64,000 bases of DNA from NCBI GenBank assembly GCA_964409765.1, contig CAYPEM010000015.1, positions 8,713 to 72,712 of the forward strand, read 5' to 3'. The notes beneath the pieces were generated by a model. The model was not told the DNA's origin. It was given only the letters and a program-made list of their open reading frames with translations, and ran no database searches. How positions within the stretch are numbered: position 1 is the stretch's first letter; every line of letters starts with the position of its first letter. Shown piece after piece: positions 46,497 to 55,089 of the stretch. Origin of the DNA: an uncultured Chitinophagaceae bacterium (lineage in GTDB: Bacteria; Bacteroidota; Ignavibacteria; UBA10030; UBA8401). Position numbers and translations under genes: made by a program.

Positions 46497-46539
46497 CCAT
46501 GCGAATGTTCATTGAGTTATTTGATAAACCTTCGCATGG
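46497..46539 (-). terminator. possible weak terminator/attenuator hairpin between scaffold-like gene and GHL10 gene
   Basis: CCATGCGAA ... TTCGCATGG, perfect 9-bp arms with a long 25-nt loop. The minus strand continues TTGTTTAGTTT. It lies inside the unlikely N-terminal extension of the GHL10 track ORF. Confidence 0.3.
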
Positions 46540-46550
46540 TTTGTCTATAC

Positions 46551-49500
46551 TTATTTAAGTAACATCAATTTTTTTGTTTCGGTAAATGCTTTTTCACCAT
46601 TTGATATCACCGTCAGTTTATAAAAATAAACCCCTGTTGAGACAGTATTTCCTGCATCATCTTTACCATCCCACTCCAATTCATAAGTCCCAATCTGTTG
46701 GATTGTATTCACTAATGATCGAACCCGCTGACCTAACATATTATAAATATCGAGTGAAATATTTCCGCTATGCCCCAGAGTGTAGCGAATTTGCGTTGAT
46801 GGATTGAACGGATTTGGATAATTCTGCATCAGTGCATAATCGACTGCAATAAGAGGAATCCCCTGCGTATTTTTCTCAATATATTCTTTCTTTCCGGCAA
46901 TCAACCGGAAATTTCGGCGTGACTCATTCTTCACCATTGAAAATTCATAGAGATACGTATCGTCGATCTGCATAACGCGTTCAGTCATTTTGTCAACTAT
47001 ATAAATAACAAAATCATTTGGAATATTGCCGAGTTGTTCCAGATTCAATGAAATACGAGCCTGTGCTTTTGAAGTAACTACATCAAAATCCCAGAACAAG
47101 CCTTCGTTATTGATGGAGCGAATATCCAATGCATATGATCCACTCTGTTGTTTCCAAGAACTGTTTTGAAAACGTACCATCACATAATCCGTCGGTGATG
47201 GAGGCGGTTCAGCAACATCAAATGCATCAAATTCATTTTTCGCGCCTTTCGCTACACCCGCATAATTTTCTATATCGGAAGATTTTCCCGATGAGGCACC
47301 AATACTGATTCTCCACTCCGCTTCAGCATACGCCGCAACAGCATTTCCGGATTTTCCAAGACCGGTGATATCTTCAGGATTGATGTAAATGGTAACACTA
47401 TCACTTGAAAGATTCTTGACGAAGTACCCGGCGAATGGATCAAGCGCAAGGGATTCCGCTTTGAATGATTCACCGTCGAATTTCCAGATAAGATTCTGCG
47501 TTGAATCATGAAGTGAATTTTTCCAGCTCACTTTATACGGGAATGGATTACCGACCATAGAATATCCCGGACCAATCCTTATTGGATAATATGTTTGCAC
47601 TGGAATGATGGTTGAATTACCAAGACTGAGGCCAAACGCACCACGGGTGATCAACCAATACGCCTCACCTCGTTTGAAGGATGTGAATTTCTCATTTGGA
47701 AATTCGAGGTACTTCAATGTGGTTGGATTATATCGACCGAACAATCTCCACGATAACGGGCTCTGCTCGCCTAATCCTTTGAGAACTGATTCGACATCGT
47801 TATTATCAAGATCGAACGGAATACTGACCAATTGATATTGCTCATTCAATGTTTTATTTGGAAGTTTAACTTCGTAATCTTCCGTTACACTAAACACATT
47901 AATGGCAAACGTGAGATTATCTTTGATCGAAATATTCGGAACTGTTTGCTGACCGTTACTTTGAGCAGAAGATTGTGCCTTCCACATATCGGCATCACCC
48001 AACAATAGAATTTTCCCTTTACCGATCTTACTAAGCCCTGCGACAACAGGTTGCGTGCGGATTGGATTACCTATTGTTCTTCCATTCACAGTCGTAGTGA
48101 TCAAAGGAATTGCTGTGCCGGTAACAGTAACACTTGCACTTCCAAAAAACACCACCGTATCAACATTTGCAAAAAACGGGTGTTTGGCGTCTGCAAAGGT
48201 TGTCAATAATGGAGTTGCCGGGACAGAATAAAAACTCGACGAATCGACAACAAGATTTGAATCAAGTGAAAGATTCGTTGACCAAGATGTGTCTCTCAAT
48301 AACGAATTCAGTGCAGAGGTATTATTCCCTTCTATTGAGGAATTACCGAGTGCAACCACTAATCCACCGTTGAGTACAAATGTTTTTATTGAATCGATCT
48401 CCTGTCGTGAAAACTTCTTTTGGGGATTTATCAGCAAAAGAATATCATTTCCCGATGGACGCAGATCTGTCCCTGTGAGTGTAATTTGAATTCCGCTCTG
48501 TTCAAAGAAATTAAACAGCCGATTGACACCGCTTGTAGTATCTGTCAATGACAGGAACGAATTATGCAGCGTGTCAACCAATAATTTTTTTGTCACAGCC
48601 AGCTTTGCAATAGCTGAACCGTTAGCAGTCAACACTATCGTTTGATTTTTAGGATCGTTGGTAACGAAAACAAAAGCGGTAAATTGTCCGCCGACAGATT
48701 TAGGGTGATAGGTTATAGTGACTGTTTTTTGTGAACCAGGAGCAATCGATGATATTCCTGCTGTATCAAGAATAAAATTGGGATCCGGTGTTAAATTGAA
48801 TTCCGTAAATGCGGACACAGTTAAGGGAATATTACCTGTATTTGCAATCGTTGCAGATAATGATTTTGATCCGCCAAAATTAATTGAACCAAAATCAAAA
48901 TTGTTTTGAGAGATCGAAACCCTCGGAAAACCAAATACCGTAACAATTGCCGTGTCAAGATTAATAAGAAAACCATCGCTAACTGCTACAACAATTGTAT
49001 CTCTTCCTATCTGTGATACCGAAGGCTTCCATGAAAATGAACCATCAAGAAGAATAACTGCACCTGCAGGGAATTTCACAAATGAAAAAATGAGATTATC
49101 GTTGTCAGGATCGAATGCACTATATTTAAAATTCAATGTTGAATCGACCGGGAAATTAATATCGGGAAGTGTTGAAGTAAATTGCGGTCGTAGATTGTTA
49201 TTTTGAACCGTAATGATCGCTGTATCCAATATACCACCTGAACCATTGGTGACACCTACAATAATGAGATGCTGTCCACCCTGAAAATTAGCCGGTGTCC
49301 ATTGTAACAGTCCTTTTGGTGAAACAGTTAAACCTTGAGGACCAAGGAATAGACCAAATATCAATGTGTCTGATACATTGACACTCGAAGCTGAATATTG
49401 AAATGAAAATTGATTGTTTACTTTAATCGTCGTATCGGGAAGTGTCTTTGTAAAGAATAACGGACTATTACTTTTTAACACCAAGATATGTGCAGTATCG

Positions 49501-51749
49501 GTCACGATCGATTTTCCATCGTTCAATTGCACATATACATAAAATAATCCTGTTTGATTCTGGAATGCTTTGAAAGTAAAGTTTCCATTGTTGTCTATAC
49601 TTGCGCCTGGCGGACTATTCAACAAAGAATATGAAAAGATTTCATTATCAAGATCGATGGCTGAATATTTAAATGACAGTTTTGTTGTGTCATATATAAT
49701 CGTATCCCTTAAAACTGAAATAAACTGCGGTGGGCGATTCGTATTAACGACATTAATGTTCGTCTGTTTTGATGCATTCCCCCCCTTGCCATCCACAGCG
49801 AATACGACAAAACTGTGGAGCCCGGCTTGATTGAAGTTTGGCCTCCAATTCAGCATACCGGTTACTGTATCTATTGTCATTCCCAGTGGTTGATTTTGCA
49901 AAAAGAATTTTATTTGATCGTTGTCGGGATCGGATGCATCGTAATCAAACGACAATTGTTGATCTTCATTGATCGTTACATCACCCATTGCATTAGTAAA
50001 GAAAGGATTCGTATTCAATGAGGGAAGAATCGTGATCGATCCATTCTTCAGTGTGGTCGTCGGTTGAACCGGTGACGGTTCATTATTCTGATATTCAATA
50101 AAGTTCAACGGAGAAGCTTGTCCCGGAATTGTAAACTGTTTGTGATGGAACCGTAGTTTTGCAAAAATTCCTTTCCCTGAAATAGGTATTGTTCCGGCAA
50201 ATGCCATACTAACAATTGAACCGGAATCTTTTACAGCCGGAACCATTCCGACACTGATCGTCCCTGCCGTGATTAATTCCGAGAACCGCACTTTTGCAGT
50301 GTCATAACTTATTTTTATTTGTGTCGACAGAATACCAAGACCGGTAACATCAGAAATATAAATTGGAACATCGACCGAATCACCCACGCGAACCGTCGTA
50401 TCTGGTATACCTGCAAAAAAATCGTTGATCTTGATTGTAAATACTCCATCGAATCCTTGAGCATCAAAAACTTTTAGTGTATCAATTCCTTTTGATATTG
50501 CTTTAAACTTTCCTGTAAGGGAATCAATAACTGCTTTTGTTGTATCTGATACAAACCATTTGTATGGAGAAGTACCTCCTAGAGCAGTGAAGGTCAGCGT
50601 ATCTCCTTTTGTCACTACTTGAACATTTGGCTTAAGTGTGATTACCGGTCCTTGTATCGGCGAAAATATACCATTGTCAACGGTTGCAGTCATCGATTCA
50701 TTAAAAAGAATATTCTGCAGATCAAGATTCGAATTTTGAGTTGCGAACCGTTTCACTTGAAAACGAACATATGCCAAAATACCTTTACCGGTGAGTGTAT
50801 CGGAACCCGCCATTGCAACATCCATTGTTCCTAATCCATAATTAACAGTCGGCACTCCCCATGATTGTGCTAACGTCCCGGCAGTGAATACACCTTTTGG
50901 CACAAGAGAGTTTGTATTATAGTTCAATTTCCATTGCGCTGAAATGATCCCAAGCGAAGTGACATCGGAAACTCGAATCGGAAGATCAAACGTAAGGTTT
51001 TGCATGAACGACGTATCAGGAATAGTCATTGTTAAACTATTCAACGAAGGAGAGTTGATCGGAAATATGTTTGACTGATCGAACAATCCTTGCGAATCTA
51101 AAACTTTTACAAATGTTTGACCAACTTTTTTCCCAACAAATTTTCCTAAAGAATTAATAGACGCAATGGATGTATCGCCTACACTCCAAATAACAGGCAG
51201 ATTTAAATCTCCTGTGACCGAAAAGAGTATCGAATCACCGACAACTTTATTTTGCGGCGGGTTTTTAGGATTGATAAAAATATCCATCGGACGGAATGAA
51301 CCATTTTGTAAAGCGACGGATGGTGTTCCCTCGTTCAGTTTTGCGATAGAGAGACTGAATTGTTCAGTGATATTAGGCTGAGCAGCCATATTAACAACAA
51401 TCATCAAATAAAATAGAACACCCTTTCCGGTGATCGGTTCTGCAACGGAAAATGCGATCTGTTTTGTTGCTGCGTTGAATAGAACATTTTTCCCATTGAG
51501 CAGTGTTCCTACCGTATCAATTCCAATCACGGTAAACACATTGTTTGGCACATAAGTAAATTGTCCCGCAACAACAGAATCCGATGTTTTCAACGAATCA
51601 TCACAATAGATCGGGTAGGCATATGTTGCGCCACGTTTACCAAATCCACTATACAAACGAAGATGAACAGAATCGATCTGTGCGTACACTGTTGTGGTAC
51701 ACACAGCAGTCAACAGGGCGATAAATAAATAGAAGAATGATTTTTTCAT
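46551..51749 (-). CDS. giant T9SS cargo: scaffold-like protein with 3 cohesin-like, 2 Big_2-like and 4 cadherin-like modules, plus an HYDIN/choice-of-anchor-D-like module and a GldG/DUF4350-like module
   Basis: 1732 aa with an ATG start and a signal peptide ending VYAQ. See the module features below. The CTD is MQNYPNPFNPSTQIRYTL ... TGVYFYKLTVISNGEKAFTETKKLMLLK. Confidence 0.9.
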   Translation of the reverse strand: MKKSFFYLFIALLTAVCTTTVYAQIDSVHLRLYSGFGKRGATYAYPIYCDDSLKTSDSVVAGQFTYVPNNVFTVIGIDTVGTLLNGKNVLFNAATKQIAFSVAEPITGKGVLFYLMIVVNMAAQPNITEQFSLSIAKLNEGTPSVALQNGSFRPMDIFINPKNPPQNKVVGDSILFSVTGDLNLPVIWSVGDTSIASINSLGKFVGKKVGQTFVKVLDSQGLFDQSNIFPINSPSLNSLTMTIPDTSFMQNLTFDLPIRVSDVTSLGIISAQWKLNYNTNSLVPKGVFTAGTLAQSWGVPTVNYGLGTMDVAMAGSDTLTGKGILAYVRFQVKRFATQNSNLDLQNILFNESMTATVDNGIFSPIQGPVITLKPNVQVVTKGDTLTFTALGGTSPYKWFVSDTTKAVIDSLTGKFKAISKGIDTLKVFDAQGFDGVFTIKINDFFAGIPDTTVRVGDSVDVPIYISDVTGLGILSTQIKISYDTAKVRFSELITAGTISVGMVPAVKDSGSIVSMAFAGTIPISGKGIFAKLRFHHKQFTIPGQASPLNFIEYQNNEPSPVQPTTTLKNGSITILPSLNTNPFFTNAMGDVTINEDQQLSFDYDASDPDNDQIKFFLQNQPLGMTIDTVTGMLNWRPNFNQAGLHSFVVFAVDGKGGNASKQTNINVVNTNRPPQFISVLRDTIIYDTTKLSFKYSAIDLDNEIFSYSLLNSPPGASIDNNGNFTFKAFQNQTGLFYVYVQLNDGKSIVTDTAHILVLKSNSPLFFTKTLPDTTIKVNNQFSFQYSASSVNVSDTLIFGLFLGPQGLTVSPKGLLQWTPANFQGGQHLIIVGVTNGSGGILDTAIITVQNNNLRPQFTSTLPDINFPVDSTLNFKYSAFDPDNDNLIFSFVKFPAGAVILLDGSFSWKPSVSQIGRDTIVVAVSDGFLINLDTAIVTVFGFPRVSISQNNFDFGSINFGGSKSLSATIANTGNIPLTVSAFTEFNLTPDPNFILDTAGISSIAPGSQKTVTITYHPKSVGGQFTAFVFVTNDPKNQTIVLTANGSAIAKLAVTKKLLVDTLHNSFLSLTDTTSGVNRLFNFFEQSGIQITLTGTDLRPSGNDILLLINPQKKFSRQEIDSIKTFVLNGGLVVALGNSSIEGNNTSALNSLLRDTSWSTNLSLDSNLVVDSSSFYSVPATPLLTTFADAKHPFFANVDTVVFFGSASVTVTGTAIPLITTTVNGRTIGNPIRTQPVVAGLSKIGKGKILLLGDADMWKAQSSAQSNGQQTVPNISIKDNLTFAINVFSVTEDYEVKLPNKTLNEQYQLVSIPFDLDNNDVESVLKGLGEQSPLSWRLFGRYNPTTLKYLEFPNEKFTSFKRGEAYWLITRGAFGLSLGNSTIIPVQTYYPIRIGPGYSMVGNPFPYKVSWKNSLHDSTQNLIWKFDGESFKAESLALDPFAGYFVKNLSSDSVTIYINPEDITGLGKSGNAVAAYAEAEWRISIGASSGKSSDIENYAGVAKGAKNEFDAFDVAEPPPSPTDYVMVRFQNSSWKQQSGSYALDIRSINNEGLFWDFDVVTSKAQARISLNLEQLGNIPNDFVIYIVDKMTERVMQIDDTYLYEFSMVKNESRRNFRLIAGKKEYIEKNTQGIPLIAVDYALMQNYPNPFNPSTQIRYTLGHSGNISLDIYNMLGQRVRSLVNTIQQIGTYELEWDGKDDAGNTVSTGVYFYKLTVISNGEKAFTETKKLMLLK
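48930..50015 (-). repeat. four tandem ~91-aa cadherin-like/He_PIG-like repeats
   Basis: Each unit begins with an N-x-x-P-x-F motif (NTNPFFTNAMGDVTI, NRPPQFISVLRDTII, NSPLFFTKTLPDTTI, NLRPQFTSTLPDINF). Most contain an acidic DxDxD-like cluster (SDPDNDQIKF, FDPDNDNLIF) and a W-x-P motif (LNWRPNFNQAG, LQWTPANFQGG, FSWKPSVSQIG). Confidence 0.7.
50025..50420 (-). other. cohesin-like module 3
   Basis: aa ~444-575: IPDTTVRVGDSVDVPIYISDVTGLGILSTQIKISYDTAKVRFSELITAGTI...ISGKGIFAKLRFHHKQ...LNFIEYQNNE. This parallels the GDTVxIPVxF...G...xFxxSYDxxxLE...GVFAxIxxKVK pattern of clostridial cohesins as recalled. Confidence 0.6.
50655..51035 (-). other. cohesin-like module 2
   Basis: aa ~239-365: LTMTIPDTSFMQNLTFDLPIRVSDVTSLGIISAQWKLNYNTNSLVPKGVFTAGTL...LTGKGILAYVRFQVKRFATQNSNLDLQNILFNE. 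Confidence 0.55.
51285..51677 (-). other. cohesin-like module 1 of the 1732-aa protein
   Basis: aa ~25-155: VHLRLYSGFGKRGATYAYPIYCDD...VVAGQFTYVPNNVFTVIGIDTVGTLL...ITGKGVLFYLMIVVNM...LNEGTPSVALQNGSF. It shows a cohesin-type pattern: exposed strand pair, x-Y-D/N-x-x-x-L/F, and GKG-hydrophobic-F/Y-x-hydrophobic. Confidence 0.45.
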
Positions 51750-51770
51750 TGTAGTAATAATTATCGAACG

Positions 51771-54700
51771 TTATTTCAACAACAGCATTTTTTTTGTATT
51801 CACAAAAACATTCTTTCCTTGTGATTGTGCAATGATCTTATAGAGATAGACTCCGCTGGAGACCGATCTATTATTATCATCCGCGGCATTCCACATCAGT
51901 GAATAATATCCCGCGCTTTGTTCCGTGCTGATCAGAGTTTTTACGATTTGTCCGATCATATTATAGATCGTGATAGTGACATAGCTTTCTTTCGGCAATT
52001 GATAACTGATTGTTGTTGCAGGATTAAATGGATTTGGATAATTCTGCTTGAGATCGAATACTGTCGGGATCACAGAGGGATCGTTTAGAGCAAGAGAAAT
52101 TCCACCAAAATCCTTAGCATAATCTTTTTCATTCAAAACAAATCTATCCATTGTAAAAACAATAGCATCAGTTGCAATAGCTGGATCCTTTACCGTGAAC
52201 GTGAATTGAGCAATATCTCCGGCAGTGTTCAATGGTTTAATTCCAGCCAATGCGAAATTTGCTGTCCCACGCGGGAAAAAATATGACATCATCATACTAT
52301 CGGTCAAAGCGGTTTGTTTCATGGTTTTTGGAACAATGACCGAAGAATCAAAGTGTAAACTCATGGTAATACCAAACACCTGTGATGGTTTGGTCACCGA
52401 AACATACATAGTATATTCACCTGTTGTTTGCGTTGGAGCAATTCTGAACGAGAATGCCGAGAACACGGCACTGGGTTGAGAATGTTTTCCAAGTCCGCCG
52501 GGAAAAGAGTTGATAAGTCCGACAACATATTGCAAAATCAATGATGCATCCGTTGATGAAATGGTGGAATCACCGCTGACATTTCCTACTCGTTTTTGTA
52601 CGGTATCAATCACAATTGCCCCGACTTCATTACGCAAAATCATTCCGGCATCGAATGATGTGATTGCTCCATTTCCACTCACATCTCCAAAACGAAATAC
52701 TTTGACAAGTACCGTATCATAGACATAAGAAAAACCGTCCGTTAACTGTACGATAAAACTAAATAATCCATTTGCATCAACCGGCGGATTCCATTGTAAA
52801 TCCCCCGTCGCCGATAATGTTGCCCCGGGTGGTGACACAAATAATGAAAAAGAGAGTTGCTGACTATCAGGATCAAATCCCGTGTAATGGAATCGAAGGG
52901 TATCAAACCTCGCAACGGATGTATCCGGCATTGTTTTAGTGAACAGTGGCAAATTATTAATATCGGTAACTGTAATAACAGCAGTGTCCAGCGCAAATCC
53001 GCCGAATTTATCAACTGCCAACACAATTACTGTCTCTATTCCTGCCTGTGAATATGATGGCTGCCATTGAAGATTACCCAATGCTGAAACCCACAACCCG
53101 GGCAAAGGAGTTAATGTTGCAAACGATACGGTGTCAAGATCAAAATCATCAGCAGAATAATTAAAGGTGAGCAATTGATTTTCTGTAATTGTCGTATCCG
53201 GTAATACTGATGTGAATACCGGAAATTGGTTAAGATTAAAAACGACAAATACAACCTCCTTAAAATCAAATGCATCTGATGGATCTTTTGCCTTAAAAGT
53301 CGAAGAGTAATTACCCGATTGTGTTAAATTCGGTGTCCATTGTATAAGTCCTGAAATTGAATCGACAGTCATTCCCGGTAAAAGAGAAACTGCGTAATAC
53401 TTCAGCGAATCGCCATCCGCATCAATAGCATCCATATCGAACGAAAAATTTTGGTTTTCTAGAAGATAAAACGTATCGGGAAAAGCAGTAGTAATGAGTG
53501 GAGCAAGATTGATATTGTTTACTGTTATCGTAAAAGAATGAGTCGCTGTACCATTTTCCTTACTATCAGTGATAACTATTGTTATCGGATAGATTCCGGC
53601 AAGTGAATTATCCGGTGTCCACGAAATTAAACCCGACATTGAATCCAATGTGAGCAGTGGTGGTTGGCCTGATTGAATGAAATATTTTACAACATCACTA
53701 TCCGGATCTGGTGCAACGATACTTACACTATATAATTGTCCTTCAACAATTATTGTATCATTAGGTACAATAGAAAATACTGGAGTCCGATTTGAATCGA
53801 CAACAGCGAATAATTGAGGATGAGAAGCACTTCCTCCAAAGAGGTCATGCGCTTCGATGACTCCAAGACGCATACCGGAATCCAGAAATGATGGGGTCCA
53901 AGTCATTTGTCCTGTAACGGAATCAATGGTCATCCCGCCTGGTGCTCCAATCAACGAATAATACACTGTATTAAGATCCGGATCATTTGCGGTTACTGTA
54001 AATGAAAATGCAATTCCTTCTTTTACAAAAAATGTGTCCGGAAAAATGGGGGAAAACGATGGTGGAAGATTTACGTTACTCACTGTTATAGTCAGTTGAT
54101 GCAGTGTAGTCTGACCGTTTCCATCATCGGCTGTTATTTCAAACACATATTCATTGGCACTTGCAAAAGAGGGTGTAAATAAAAATTGTCCGGTTATGGA
54201 ATCGATAGAAGCCTCATTCGCCGGAGCAGGATTTGTCGTTAAAAAATAATGCACAGTATGTCCGTTTGCATCGGTAGCGAAGAACAGTTTTGAATAAACA
54301 TCTCCTTCTTTTATTGTTGTGTCGGACGGTGTATTGACAAATACCGGCGGAGAGTTTGGGATCGGATCAACAGTCAATGATCCATCAACGTATGCGCCAT
54401 TAATACTTTCATTGACAATAAATTTTGTAAAGTGCAGAGTTTGAAAAGCAGAATTGACAATCGTTGATGTTGAGACAAACCGAAGTTTTAAAAAGAGTTG
54501 CTCATCGGTCACTCCTATCGGATTAATAGCAGCAACTCCGATTTTAAGCGTATCATATAGTTGATTAAACACTACAGACATAGAAGTTGTTAATGAGCTA
54601 TCGCTGTTTAATCCGATAAATTTAAAAAGGGTTGTATCATACGGTAGCGAAATATCGGCAGACAATAGACCAAGCAACGGAGAATTGTTCGAATAGAAGA

Positions 54701-55061
54701 CCCGGACTTCTGCGGTGTCGCCGTCTATAAACGTTGTGTTCTCAATTCGTGTTTTAAAAGCAAATGTACTGATCATTTGACTTCCGAAATTGCTTACACT
54801 GTCATTCACCGTAATTGTCACATTCGAGACCGATGTCATTACAACGACTTGAGCATCGGTTGCATTCAACGACGTAACAATCACTGAAGCTGGATGACTT
54901 GATGACCACGCATACGGTGCAGTTCCACCGGATGCAGTGATTGTTAGTGTATCGCCGATTTGAAGCGTTGATGGTAATCCATTAATACTTAATACTGGTT
55001 CAGCAAATGCAAAGACAATTCCACAACTAAGACATACTAGAGTGGTAAACAATATTTTCAA
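51771..55061 (-). CDS. giant T9SS cargo: Big_2-like + cohesin-like + 6 cadherin-like repeats + dockerin-like + cohesin-like + CTD
   Basis: 1096 aa with a TTG start (no in-frame ATG nearby) and signal peptide MKILFTTLVCLSCGIVFAFA. It begins 28 nt after the upstream gene and ends 21 nt before the next. The CTD is KQNYPNPFNPATTISYQL ... SGVYLYKIIAQSQGKNVFVNTKKMLLLK. Confidence 0.9.
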   Translation of the reverse strand: MKILFTTLVCLSCGIVFAFAEPVLSINGLPSTLQIGDTLTITASGGTAPYAWSSSHPASVIVTSLNATDAQVVVMTSVSNVTITVNDSVSNFGSQMISTFAFKTRIENTTFIDGDTAEVRVFYSNNSPLLGLLSADISLPYDTTLFKFIGLNSDSSLTTSMSVVFNQLYDTLKIGVAAINPIGVTDEQLFLKLRFVSTSTIVNSAFQTLHFTKFIVNESINGAYVDGSLTVDPIPNSPPVFVNTPSDTTIKEGDVYSKLFFATDANGHTVHYFLTTNPAPANEASIDSITGQFLFTPSFASANEYVFEITADDGNGQTTLHQLTITVSNVNLPPSFSPIFPDTFFVKEGIAFSFTVTANDPDLNTVYYSLIGAPGGMTIDSVTGQMTWTPSFLDSGMRLGVIEAHDLFGGSASHPQLFAVVDSNRTPVFSIVPNDTIIVEGQLYSVSIVAPDPDSDVVKYFIQSGQPPLLTLDSMSGLISWTPDNSLAGIYPITIVITDSKENGTATHSFTITVNNINLAPLITTAFPDTFYLLENQNFSFDMDAIDADGDSLKYYAVSLLPGMTVDSISGLIQWTPNLTQSGNYSSTFKAKDPSDAFDFKEVVFVVFNLNQFPVFTSVLPDTTITENQLLTFNYSADDFDLDTVSFATLTPLPGLWVSALGNLQWQPSYSQAGIETVIVLAVDKFGGFALDTAVITVTDINNLPLFTKTMPDTSVARFDTLRFHYTGFDPDSQQLSFSLFVSPPGATLSATGDLQWNPPVDANGLFSFIVQLTDGFSYVYDTVLVKVFRFGDVSGNGAITSFDAGMILRNEVGAIVIDTVQKRVGNVSGDSTISSTDASLILQYVVGLINSFPGGLGKHSQPSAVFSAFSFRIAPTQTTGEYTMYVSVTKPSQVFGITMSLHFDSSVIVPKTMKQTALTDSMMMSYFFPRGTANFALAGIKPLNTAGDIAQFTFTVKDPAIATDAIVFTMDRFVLNEKDYAKDFGGISLALNDPSVIPTVFDLKQNYPNPFNPATTISYQLPKESYVTITIYNMIGQIVKTLISTEQSAGYYSLMWNAADDNNRSVSSGVYLYKIIAQSQGKNVFVNTKKMLLLK
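52074..52466 (-). other. cohesin-like module following the dockerin-like module
   Basis: FSFRIAPTQTTGEYTMYVSVTKPSQVFGITMSLHFDSSVIVPKTMKQTALTDS...ANFALAGIKPLNTAGDIAQFTFTVKDP...IVFTMDRFVLNE. The pattern match is weaker than for the scaffold modules. Confidence 0.4.
52503..52688 (-). other. dockerin-like module (duplicated F-hand)
   Basis: GDVSGNGAITSFDAGMILRNEVG-(linker)-GNVSGDSTISSTDASLILQYVVGLINSFPG. These are two Ca-loop plus helix segments matching the type I dockerin pattern D-x-N/S-x-D/N-G-x-I/V-x-x-x-D-x-x-x-L. Confidence 0.65.
52692..54356 (-). repeat. six tandem ~93-aa cadherin-like/He_PIG-like repeats
   Basis: Units start at aa ~236, 330, 423, 517, 610 and 702 (PPVFVNTPSDTTI, NLPPSFSPIFPDTFF, NRTPVFSIVPNDTII, NLAPLITTAFPDTFY, NQFPVFTSVLPDTTI, NNLPLFTKTMPDTSV). 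Most have an acidic cluster (ANDPDLNTVYY, APDPDSDVVKY, AIDADGDSLKY, FDPDSQQLSF) and a W-x-P motif (MTWTPSF, ISWTPDN, IQWTPNL, LQWQPSY, LQWNPPV). Confidence 0.75.
54366..54764 (-). other. cohesin-like module (N-terminal) of the 1096-aa protein
   Basis: aa ~100-232: FAFKTRIENTTFIDGDTAEVRVFYSNNSPLLGLLSADISLPYDTTLFKFIGLNSDSSL...EQLFLKLRFVSTSTIVNSAFQTLHFTKFIVNE. Confidence 0.5.
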
Positions 55062-55089
55062 TAGAAGTACTTTCTCTTATGGTTGACCA

